DNA of 64,000 nucleotides from Steroidobacteraceae bacterium. GTDB lineage: Bacteria; Pseudomonadota; Gammaproteobacteria; Steroidobacterales; Steroidobacteraceae. This document shows positions 9,401 through 17,314 of this stretch, one piece after another. A program made the translations under genes and the position numbers. Below the pieces are notes generated by a model, which searched no databases, was not told where the DNA came from, and saw only the letters and a list, made by a program, of their open reading frames with translations. Every line of letters starts with the position of its first letter. Within the stretch, counting starts at the first letter, position 1. Location: NCBI GenBank assembly GCA_035342635.1, contig DAOQXO010000001.1:18751-82750 (forward strand), in the 5' to 3' direction.

Positions 9401-12400
9401 TTAAGGCTGGCCGGCGCCCCTCGCCTGCAACAGGCTGAAGTACAGGATCGGAATCACCGCGAGCGTGAGCACGGTCGAGACGAGGATGCCGAAGATAAGC
9501 GACACCGCGAGGCCGTTGAAGATCGGATCGTCGAGGATGAACACCGCGCCGATCATCGCCGCGAGCGCGGTCAGCACGATCGGGCGGGCGCGGACGGCAC
9601 CGGCGCGGATCACGGCCTCGGCCGGTGCGCGGCCCTCGGCCAGCTCCTGGTTGATGAAGTCGACCAGCAGGATCGAGTTGCGCACGATGATGCCGGCGAG
9701 CGCGATCATGCCGATCATCGAGGTGGCCGTGAACTGCGCGCCGAGCAGTGCGTGACCCGGCATCACGCCGATGATCGTCAGCGGGATCGGCGCCATGATC
9801 ACGAGCGGCACGAGGTAGGAAGCGAAGTGCGCGACGACCAGCAGGTAGATCAGCAGCAGGCCCACCGAGTAGGCGAGCCCCATGTCGCGGAAAGTTTCAT
9901 AAGTGATCTGCCACTCGCCGTCCCACTTCACGGCGGCGGCGAGCGTATCGGCGGGCTGGCGAATGAAGTATTGCGCCACTTCCTCGCCGGCGTCGCCGGC
10001 GCGCAGCTGGCCGACGAGGTCGAACATGCCGTAGAGCGGACTGTCGAGCCGCCCGGCCATGTCGCCGGTGACATGAACGACCGGCAGCAGGTCCTTGTGG
10101 TGGATCGCGCCATCCCACTGCGCCTCGCGCACGGTGACGATCTCCGATAGCGGCACCATCGTGCCCCCGGCCGCGGGCACCTCGAGCGCGAGCAGGTCGT
10201 CGAGCGTTGCACGCCCGGCGACCGGCAGTTCGAGGCGCACCGGGATCGGATAGCGCTCCTGTCCGGCGCGCACATAGGTCGCGTCATAGCCGTCGAGTGC
10301 GACCTGCAGCGTGCGCACCGCCGCCTCCTGGCTCACGCCGAGCAGGGCCGCGCGCGAGCGGTCGATCGCGATGACCTCGCGCCGCGCCGGTGCCTCGACC
10401 GTGTCGTCGACATCGACGATATCCGTCGTCGCCTCGAACAGGCCGCGCAGCCGCTGCGCAAGGGCGCGCCGTGCCTCGGGCGTCGGGCCGTACACCTCGG
10501 CGACGATGGGCGCGAGTACCGGCGGACCGGGCGGGACTTCGACGACCTGCACGCTCGCCGCGCCGTGGCGGCGGCCGATCGCAGCGAGCGCCGGCCGCAC
10601 GGCGAGCGCGATCTCGTGGCTGTGGCGCTTGCGTTCGTGCTGGTCAGCGAGGTTGACCTGGATGTCGCCGTAGTGGGGCGCATTGCGCAGGTCGTACTGG
10701 CGCACGAGTCCGTTGAAGTTGATCGGTGCCGAGGTGCCGGCGTAGATCTGGTAGTGCGTGACCTCCGGCGTCTTGACGAGTTCCGCGGCGAGCTCGTCGA
10801 GCAGCATCGTGGTGCGTTCGAGTGCGGTGCCCTCGGGCATGTTCACGACGACCTGGAACTCCGACTTGTTGTCGAAGGGCAGCATCTTCATCACGACGAG
10901 CGTGAACGCCGCGAGCGATACCGCGAGCAGGATCGCCGCCGCAGTCGCACCGTAGAGGCGGTGGCGCCGACGACGGGCGTCGGCGCCGTGGAGGAAGGGG
11001 CCCAGCAGGCGTTCGAAAAAGCGCTGCAGTCGCGCGTCGATGGCGAGCGACGCGCGCGTATCGCCACCGTCCTGCGCCCGGATCCGCTGCAGCAGCCGTC
11101 GTGACAGCCACGGGGTGAAGACGAGCGCGACCGCAAGCGAGATCACCATGCCCATGCTCGCGTTGATCGGGATCGGGCTCATGTAGGGGCCCATCAGGCC
11201 ACTGACGAAGGCCATCGGCAGCAGCGCGGCGATCACCGTGAAGGTCGCGAGGATCGTCGGCCCGCCGACTTCGTCGACCGCATGCGCGATCAGCGCGGGC
11301 AGGTCACGGCCGCCCTCGCCGGGAGGCGCGTGCTGCAGGTGACGATGGATGTTCTCCACCACCACGATCGCATCGTCGACCAGGATGCCGATCGAGAAGA
11401 TCAGCGCGAACAGCGAGACGCGGTTCAGCGTGAAGCCCCAAGCCCAGGAAGCGAACAGGGTCGCGGCGAGCGTGACGACCACGGCGCTGCCGACGACGAA
11501 GGCTTCGCGCCGGCCGACGGCGAGGATGACCAGCACGATCACCGCGACGGTCGCGAACAGCAGCTTCTGTATCAGCTTGACCGCCTTGTCATTCGCGGTC
11601 TCGCCGTAGTTGCGGGTGATCGTCGTCTCGACGCCCGTCGGCAGGTACACACCGCGCAGTGCATCGACCCGCTCGATCAGCTGGTCGGCGACGTCGATCG
11701 CATTGCTGCCGGGCTGCTTGGTGACCGCGATCGTCACGGCCGGGGCCTTGACCGGCGCGCCGGCGCCGCCGAACCAGACCGCCGAGCGCGGCTGTGCGGG
11801 CCCGCGCGTCACCGTCGCGACATCCTGCAGATAGACCGGGTGGCCCGCGTGCATTCCGACGACCAGGTTCGCGACATCGTCGCGATTGGCGAGGAACTCT
11901 CCGGCCTGCACCGGAATCGCACGGTTGCCTGCGACGAGCTTGCCCGCGTGCGCGACGATGTTGGCCGCCTCCAGCGAGCGCATCAGCGCATCGACGCCGA
12001 GGCCGTGGCCGGCGAGCCGCTGGGCGTCGAGGCGCACGAGCACCGCGTCGTCGGGCCCGCCGATCGTGTAGACGTCGCGCGTGCCCGGCACGCGCTGCAG
12101 CTCGGCTTCGATCGAGTGCGCGATGTGGCGCAGGTCGTAGCCCGCGCGGTCCTCGTCGGCGGTCCACAGCGCGAGCGTCAGGATCGGCACATCGTCGATG
12201 CCCTTCGGGCGGATCAGTGGCTCCTGCACGCCGAGCCCGGCGGGGCGCCAGTCGCGGTTGGAATAGACCGCGTTGTAGAGGCGCACGACCGCTTCGTTCC
12301 GAGTCTCACCGACTTCGAACTGCACGGTCAGCACCGCCATGCCCGGCTGCGAGACCGAATAGAGATGGTCGACGCCGTCGATTTCGCCGAGTATCTGCTC

Positions 12401-12631
12401 CATCGGCGAACTGACGAGCTGTTCGACCTGCGCGGCGCTCGCGCCGGGGAACGGCACGATCACGTTCGCCATCGTCACGTCGATCTGCGGCTCCTCCTCG
12501 CGCGGGGTGACCAGCACCGCGAACACGCCTGCAAGCAGCGCGGTCAGCGCGAGCAGCGGAGTAAGCTGGCTGTCGAGAAAGGCGCGCGCAAGACGCCCGC
12601 TCACGCCGAGGCGGCGCGGGCCGGCGTTCAT
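9401..12631 (-). CDS. RND efflux transporter, inner-membrane permease (AcrB/HAE family)
   Basis: 1076 aa with a 12-TM plus two large periplasmic loop layout. Typical N-terminus FLDSQLTPLLALTALLAGVFAVLVTPREEEPQIDV. ATGA overlap with the upstream adaptor gene. Confidence 0.92.
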   Translation of the reverse strand: MNAGPRRLGVSGRLARAFLDSQLTPLLALTALLAGVFAVLVTPREEEPQIDVTMANVIVPFPGASAAQVEQLVSSPMEQILGEIDGVDHLYSVSQPGMAVLTVQFEVGETRNEAVVRLYNAVYSNRDWRPAGLGVQEPLIRPKGIDDVPILTLALWTADEDRAGYDLRHIAHSIEAELQRVPGTRDVYTIGGPDDAVLVRLDAQRLAGHGLGVDALMRSLEAANIVAHAGKLVAGNRAIPVQAGEFLANRDDVANLVVGMHAGHPVYLQDVATVTRGPAQPRSAVWFGGAGAPVKAPAVTIAVTKQPGSNAIDVADQLIERVDALRGVYLPTGVETTITRNYGETANDKAVKLIQKLLFATVAVIVLVILAVGRREAFVVGSAVVVTLAATLFASWAWGFTLNRVSLFALIFSIGILVDDAIVVVENIHRHLQHAPPGEGGRDLPALIAHAVDEVGGPTILATFTVIAALLPMAFVSGLMGPYMSPIPINASMGMVISLAVALVFTPWLSRRLLQRIRAQDGGDTRASLAIDARLQRFFERLLGPFLHGADARRRRHRLYGATAAAILLAVSLAAFTLVVMKMLPFDNKSEFQVVVNMPEGTALERTTMLLDELAAELVKTPEVTHYQIYAGTSAPINFNGLVRQYDLRNAPHYGDIQVNLADQHERKRHSHEIALAVRPALAAIGRRHGAASVQVVEVPPGPPVLAPIVAEVYGPTPEARRALAQRLRGLFEATTDIVDVDDTVEAPARREVIAIDRSRAALLGVSQEAAVRTLQVALDGYDATYVRAGQERYPIPVRLELPVAGRATLDDLLALEVPAAGGTMVPLSEIVTVREAQWDGAIHHKDLLPVVHVTGDMAGRLDSPLYGMFDLVGQLRAGDAGEEVAQYFIRQPADTLAAAVKWDGEWQITYETFRDMGLAYSVGLLLIYLLVVAHFASYLVPLVIMAPIPLTIIGVMPGHALLGAQFTATSMIGMIALAGIIVRNSILLVDFINQELAEGRAPAEAVIRAGAVRARPIVLTALAAMIGAVFILDDPIFNGLAVSLIFGILVSTVLTLAVIPILYFSLLQARGAGQP

Positions 12632-13674
12632 GGCGCGCGGCCGGCCGATTCGCGCAGCACGCGCGCAGCGGCGTGCGGGTCGATGGCGATGCGTTCGCCG
12701 TCGACGAGCCCGGCGAGGATCTCGAGCCGCTCACCGCTGCGGCGGCCGACGCGCACCTGTCGCAAACTCGGGCGATCGCCCTCGCCGAGCACGTATACGG
12801 CGGTCACTTCACTGCGCTCGACCAGCGCACTGGCCGGAATCGTCAGCCGCTGCGCCTCGCCGACGATGAAGCCGACCTTGACGAGCATCCCGGGGTAGAG
12901 ATCGGCGGCGTTCTCGGGCAGCTCGACGCGCGCGCGAAAGGTGTTCGCGGCGGAGCTCGCCTGCGGAAAGATCGTGAGACCGGTGGCCTCGATGCGCTGG
13001 CCGTCGACGTAAACGGCGGCCTTGCGGATGCCGCGCACCTGCTCGACGACGCTTTGCGGCAGGTCGACCGTGACGCGCAGGAACTGCAGCGACAGGCCGC
13101 TCATCAACGGCGTGCCGGGCCGCACGGCCTCGCCGACTTCGACCAGGCGTTGAGTAACGACGCCTGCGTACGGCGCGCGAACCTCGGTGTAGCTGATGCC
13201 CTCGCGCGCCGCATCGAGACCTGCGCGGGCCGCAGCGAGCCGGGCTACCGCGGCGTCACGCGCGGCAAGGGCCGCCTCGAGCTGGGCCTTCGATGCCGCG
13301 TCTTCCTTGTACAGGTTGCTGGTGCGCGTGTAGTGCGCCTGCGATTCGGCCTCGAGGGCAATCGCCTCGCGCAATGCCGCCTGCGCCTGCGCGAGGCCGG
13401 CACGCTGCTCGGTCGCGCGCAGGCGCAGTATGACCGCGCCCGCCGGCACGAAGTCATTGACGTCGTAGAGGATCTCGGCGATGCGCCCCGAGGTCTGCGC
13501 CGACACGGTGGCCTGGTTCACTGCCTCGATCCTGCCGTCGAGCATGCGCTCGAGGGGCGCCATGGTCGTCTCGACGGTCAGCGCGGCGAGTGCCTCGGCG
13601 GCCGGCGTCACCGCGAACGGTGCGCAGAGCGATGCGCAGACGAGCGCGGTGAGCGCGAGTTGTCGCCTTGCCAC
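12628..13674 (-). CDS. RND efflux periplasmic adaptor (membrane fusion protein)
   Basis: 348 aa with a signal/anchor MARRQLALTALVCASLCAP, a coiled-coil hairpin region and beta-barrel motifs (YTEVRAPYAGVVTQRLVEVGEAV). Translationally coupled to the RND permease. GTG start. Confidence 0.88.
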   Translation of the reverse strand: MARRQLALTALVCASLCAPFAVTPAAEALAALTVETTMAPLERMLDGRIEAVNQATVSAQTSGRIAEILYDVNDFVPAGAVILRLRATEQRAGLAQAQAALREAIALEAESQAHYTRTSNLYKEDAASKAQLEAALAARDAAVARLAAARAGLDAAREGISYTEVRAPYAGVVTQRLVEVGEAVRPGTPLMSGLSLQFLRVTVDLPQSVVEQVRGIRKAAVYVDGQRIEATGLTIFPQASSAANTFRARVELPENAADLYPGMLVKVGFIVGEAQRLTIPASALVERSEVTAVYVLGEGDRPSLRQVRVGRRSGERLEILAGLVDGERIAIDPHAAARVLRESAGRAP

Positions 13675-13686
13675 GATGCGTCGCCT

Positions 13687-13887
13687 TCAGAACGCCGCGC
13701 CGGACTTGACCCCGAGCCGCTTCAGCACCATTGCGAGCGGGCAGAAGCCCGTGAAGGATGCCTGGAACAGGTTGGCACCGACGAATGCGCTGAGCCACAG
13801 CCAGTTCGGGTGCACATAGACACCGAGCGCGAGACCGGCGAGCACCATCAGGCCCGCGAACCTCATCACCATGCGATCGATACTCAT
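13687..13887 (-). CDS. DUF2892 (YgaP C-terminal-like) 2-TM membrane protein
   Basis: 66 aa. The motif [13 protein letters not shown]...[21 protein letters not shown] is the characteristic DUF2892 pattern. A strong SD (GGAGGAG) lies upstream. The gene ends 12 nt upstream of the adaptor gene. Confidence 0.8.
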   Translation of the reverse strand: MSIDRMVMRFAGLMVLAGLALGVYVHPNWLWLSAFVGANLFQASFTGFCPLAMVLKRLGVKSGAAF

Positions 13888-13930
13888 AGCTCGCTCCTCC
13901 CGGGCCCGGAAGAGGCCCGCTCCAAGCCAG

Positions 13931-13975
13931 TATATTAGTATTCGCTAATTTAGCAATACATGATATAGAATGCGC
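13931..13975. promoter_or_regulatory. AT-rich divergent promoter/operator region between the DUF2892-RND operon and the ArsR-family regulator
   Basis: One of the few strongly AT-rich stretches I noticed among the intergenic regions: tatattagtattcgctaatttagcaatacatgatatagaat. It contains the inverted repeat ATTAG-N6-CTAAT (13934..13949), distal TATAT/ATATA arms and -10-like hexamers (TATAGA/TAGAAT). Confidence 0.4.
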
Positions 13976-13977
13976 GA

Positions 13978-14319
13978 ATGGCAGCTCATGATACCTCCCC
14001 GAAGCGGCGCGCCGGCTCGAAGATGGCGGCAGACGACATGCGTGCCCATGCCGGCGACGCGGCGGCCCTCCTGCGTCCGCTCGCGAACGAACAGCGGCTC
14101 GCGATCCTCTGCTGTCTGCTGGGCGGCGCGCAGTCGGTCAGCCAGATCAATGCAAAGGTGGCTTTGAGCCAGTCGGCGCTGTCGCAGCACCTCGCCGTGC
14201 TGCGCGAGGCCGGCATCGTCGAGACGAGCCGCGAGGCGCAGGCCGTGTACTACTCGCTCGCGCCCGGTCCGGCGCGTCGGGTGCTCGCGGTGATGCACGA
14301 CATCTTCTGCGCCCGGTGA
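13978..14319 (+). CDS. ArsR/SmtB-family transcriptional regulator, YgaV/BigR/SqrR-like (two conserved Cys)
   Basis: The wHTH core RLAILCCLLGGAQSVSQINAKVALSQSALSQHLAVLREAGIV and the C-terminal IFCAR align by eye with E. coli YgaV (LLILCML... and ...NVYCP). An alternative start is at 14023. Confidence 0.85.
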   Translation: MAAHDTSPKRRAGSKMAADDMRAHAGDAAALLRPLANEQRLAILCCLLGGAQSVSQINAKVALSQSALSQHLAVLREAGIVETSREAQAVYYSLAPGPARRVLAVMHDIFCAR

Positions 14320-14359
14320 CCGGGGTGAGGCGCCCTGCGGCCGGCAGCGGATCGGCATA

Positions 14360-14794
14360 ATGGATCCAGCCAGTCCGGAGGACGACATGCTGCAGCAAGC
14401 CATTCGCCAGATCGCCACCACGCCCGATCCCTACGCTCCGTTCAGGATTTCGCAGGCCATCGAAGCCGGGGGCTTCGTCTTCGTGTCCGGCCAGGCCGCG
14501 ATGGATCTGCAGGGTAACCTCGTCGGCGGCAACGACTTCGGCGCGCAGGCCGAACAGGCGTTCAAGATGCTGGGGACAGTGCTCGAGGCGGCGGGTTCGA
14601 GCCTCGCGCGCGTGGTCAAGGTCACGATCTACCTGACCGACATGGCGAATTTCCCGGCGATCGTCCAGCTGCGCGAGAAATATTTCACGCGGCCGTATCC
14701 CGCCGACACGATCGTGCAGGTCCAGCGCCTCGCGCTCCCGGAACTGCAGATCGAGATCGATGCGGTGGCGCTCGCGGGCAGCGCGAAGGGCTAG
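14360..14794 (+). CDS. RidA/YjgF/Endoribonuclease L-PSP family protein
   Basis: Family pattern FVFVSGQ...GNDFGAQAEQAFKMLGTVLEAAGSSLARVVKVTIYLTDMANF...IEIDAVA is typical. The start could instead be the internal Met at 14387. Confidence 0.85.
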   Translation: MDPASPEDDMLQQAIRQIATTPDPYAPFRISQAIEAGGFVFVSGQAAMDLQGNLVGGNDFGAQAEQAFKMLGTVLEAAGSSLARVVKVTIYLTDMANFPAIVQLREKYFTRPYPADTIVQVQRLALPELQIEIDAVALAGSAKG

Positions 14795-15573
14795 TTGCCG
14801 CGTGGCAGGTGTCCCGCCTCGATGACGCTGCGTGCGGCGTGCTCGTAGGCCGCCCAGGCCGCCTTCGCGAATGCGGCCCCGACGCTGACCCTCCGCACGC
14901 CCGCCTCGGCGAGTTCGGCCACGCTCATCGATGCATCCATCAACAGCACGTTGACCGGAGTCGGGGCCACGGCCGCCACCAGTGACCTGATGTCGGTGAT
15001 GGAGCGGATCCCGGGCGCGAACACGCAGTCGGCGCCCGCGGCGGCGTAGGCGATCAATCGCTCGACGGTCGTGTCGATGGTGGTATTGCCGAGCAACAGC
15101 CCCTCGCTGCGGCCGACCAGCAGCACGTTCTCGCCGCTGCGGTCGATCGCCTGGCGCGCCGCGCGGATGCGCTCGGTTGCAGGTCCGATAGGATAGAGAT
15201 CGATGCCGCGACGATCCTCGATGGACAGTCCCGCGACGCCGGTGGCGACTGCGAGGCGCACGTTCTCGGCCACGCCCTCGGGTTGTTCGGCGAATCCGTC
15301 CTCGAAATCGGCGTTGACCGGCAGCATGGTCGAGTGGCAGAGCGCGGTGAGATGCGCGAGCACTTCGTCGCGCGAGGCTTCGTTGTCGTTGCGGCCGAGC
15401 GACCAGGCGAAGCCGGCGCTCGTCGAGGCGATCGCCTTGTAGCCGAGCTTCTCCGCCCGGCGCACGCCGCCGATGTCCCAAGGGTTCGCGAGCACGAAGC
15501 AGCCACGCGCGTGCAGTGCGCGAAACGTTTCGCGGGCCGCGGCGATCCTGTGGGCGGCGGTGGTGGTGCTCAT
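14791..15573 (-). CDS. Isocitrate lyase/PEP mutase family enzyme (2-methylisocitrate lyase-like)
   Basis: 260 aa. Motifs LANPWDIGGVRRAEKLGYKAIASTSAGFAWSLG and GLSIEDR are typical of the ICL/PEPM superfamily. Confidence 0.8.
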   Translation of the reverse strand: MSTTTAAHRIAAARETFRALHARGCFVLANPWDIGGVRRAEKLGYKAIASTSAGFAWSLGRNDNEASRDEVLAHLTALCHSTMLPVNADFEDGFAEQPEGVAENVRLAVATGVAGLSIEDRRGIDLYPIGPATERIRAARQAIDRSGENVLLVGRSEGLLLGNTTIDTTVERLIAYAAAGADCVFAPGIRSITDIRSLVAAVAPTPVNVLLMDASMSVAELAEAGVRRVSVGAAFAKAAWAAYEHAARSVIEAGHLPRGN

Positions 15574-15706
15574 GGCGATGCTCCTCGGGCCGCAGGCTCA
15601 CGCGGCATCCTGGAAGGTTACGCCCAACGCGTGTCGATCGTCCGTCGGCCTGCGACCGGTCGTGCGGGCGCTCGGCCGGGATGACCGCGCCCGCCCCGGT
15701 TCGGCC

Positions 15707-16759
15707 TCACTCCCGCGCCTCGCGCGCGAGCAAGGCGCGCTTGCGCTCGATGCCCCAGCGATAGCCGGAGAGGTCGCCGTCGCTGCGCACCACGCGGTGG
15801 CAGGGGATTGCCACCGCGAGGTGGTTCGCGCCGCAGGCCTGGCCGACGGCGCGCACCGACTTCGGTGCGCCGATGCGTCGCGCGATTTCGCTGTAGCTGG
15901 CGGTCGAGCCCGCCGGGATCGCACGCAGCGCCTGCCAGACGCGCTGCTGGAACGCCGTTCCGCGCAGGTCGAGCGGCAGGTCGAGCCCGAGCGCCGGTGC
16001 TTCGACGAAACCCACGACCCTGGCGACCAGTCGCTCGAACTCCACATCGCCGCCGATCAGTTCGGCCCGCGGGAACTGGTCCTGCAGGTTGCGCGTGAGC
16101 GTCTCCGGGTCGTCGCCAAGGAGAATCGCGCAGATGCCGCGTGTAGTCGCGGCGACCAGGATAGAGCCGAACGAGCACTCGCCGACCGCGAACCGTATAG
16201 CGGTATCGGCCCCGCCGGCGCGGAAGCTGGATGCGGTCATGCCGAGCACATCGTCGGCTTGATCATAGAAGCGGGCGTTGGAGTTGTAGCCCGCGTCGTA
16301 GATCGCCGCCGTCACCGACTTGCCGCGCGCGAGTTCGCGCCGCAGGCGCTCGCCGCGCCGCGCGGCGGCATACTGCTTCGGCGTCACACCCACGATCGAT
16401 TTGAATACGCGATGGAAGTAGTACGGGCTCACCTTCAGCTGCGCGGCGAGCGCCGCGAGGGTCGGGGGCTCCTCGCTCGCATCGATGATGCGGCAGGCAT
16501 CGGCCACCCAGGCGGCCTGCTGTCCGGCGAGGGTGTGTCCATCCGGCCGACAGCGCCTGCAGGCGCGAAAGCCCGCGTGCTCGGCCGCTGCGCGCGAATC
16601 GAACAGCTCGACGTTCTCGGGCCGCGCGCGCCGCGACGGGCACGACGGCCGGCAATACACGCCGGTCGTGCGCACGCCGTAGTAGAACTGGCCGTCCGCG
16701 GCTGGGTCTCTAGCAGTGATCGCCGCCCAGCGAGGATCGTTCACAATGGAAGTTTTCAT
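15707..16759 (-). CDS. ada: Bifunctional Ada: methylphosphotriester-DNA methyltransferase/AraC-type regulator fused to O6-alkylguanine-DNA methyltransferase
   Basis: ATG at 16759 (MKTSIVNDPRW). Seen: N-terminal Cys4 Zn domain (YCRPSCPSRRARPENV...FRACRRCRP), AraC HTH (PYYFHRVFKSIVGVTPKQY) and C-terminal AGT active site IPCHRVV. The upstream 205 codons of ORF 15707..17374 are non-coding overlap. Confidence 0.92.
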   Translation of the reverse strand: MKTSIVNDPRWAAITARDPAADGQFYYGVRTTGVYCRPSCPSRRARPENVELFDSRAAAEHAGFRACRRCRPDGHTLAGQQAAWVADACRIIDASEEPPTLAALAAQLKVSPYYFHRVFKSIVGVTPKQYAAARRGERLRRELARGKSVTAAIYDAGYNSNARFYDQADDVLGMTASSFRAGGADTAIRFAVGECSFGSILVAATTRGICAILLGDDPETLTRNLQDQFPRAELIGGDVEFERLVARVVGFVEAPALGLDLPLDLRGTAFQQRVWQALRAIPAGSTASYSEIARRIGAPKSVRAVGQACGANHLAVAIPCHRVVRSDGDLSGYRWGIERKRALLAREARE

Positions 16760-16803
16760 GGCTGCGAGTCTGCGGGTCCCCGGAGCTGCCGGCACCCCGG
16801 TCC

Positions 16804-16816
16804 TTGCTTTCGTATT
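16804..16816 (-). promoter_or_regulatory. Candidate Ada box (AAT-N6-GCAA) upstream of ada
   Basis: The minus strand reads AATACGAAAGCAA, 45-57 nt upstream of the ada ATG. This matches the E. coli Ada-box core AAT(N6)GCAA. It is an AT-rich motif in a GC-rich 126-nt intergenic region. Confidence 0.35.
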
Positions 16817-16885
16817 CAAGCACAGCCGGGAGTTGCCGGGCACTCCGCGCACGTTAGCGTCTTTTAGCCACATGAACCAGTCAAT

Positions 16886-17314
16886 ATGAGTGATTTTCAG
16901 CCCAGATGGCTGCGCAAAGGGCGCCGGGTCGTGCCACCGGCGGCCCTGCGGGCCACGCTGCAGGAGCTGTTCGGCGAGGGGGTCGACACGGTGCAGGTGA
17001 TCGAGCACTCGTGGTTCGCCTGGGCGCACGTGCGCGCCATCGCCACCACCCGCCGCCGCCGCATCTACCTGCGCGGCGCGGCCGGCCCGTTCTTCGCCAA
17101 TCCGGAATTCGTGCTGCACGAATACTTCCACGTGCTCGCCCAGTGGGAGCCGCGGCAGCTCTCGGTGTGGAAATATCTGCTCGAGTGCTTCCGCCGCGGC
17201 TATTGGGACAACCGTTTTGAAATCGAAGCCCGTGAGTTTTCCGAAGATCATCGCCGCCGCTACTGCGCGCTGCTCGCGCGCCACGAATCCTTGCGCTCGC
17301 ACCGGCATGCGTAG
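16886..17314 (+). CDS. DUF4157-like (HExxH) small protein
   Basis: 142 aa. The pattern LQELFGEGVDTVQVIEHSWFA...IATTRRRRIYLRG...FVLHEYFHVLAQWE matches DUF4157 (fG.d.s.V.vh...A.T....Iyf....LLaHEL.HV.Q). The stop overlaps the dacB start (ATGCGTAG). Confidence 0.6.
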   Translation: MSDFQPRWLRKGRRVVPPAALRATLQELFGEGVDTVQVIEHSWFAWAHVRAIATTRRRRIYLRGAAGPFFANPEFVLHEYFHVLAQWEPRQLSVWKYLLECFRRGYWDNRFEIEAREFSEDHRRRYCALLARHESLRSHRHA

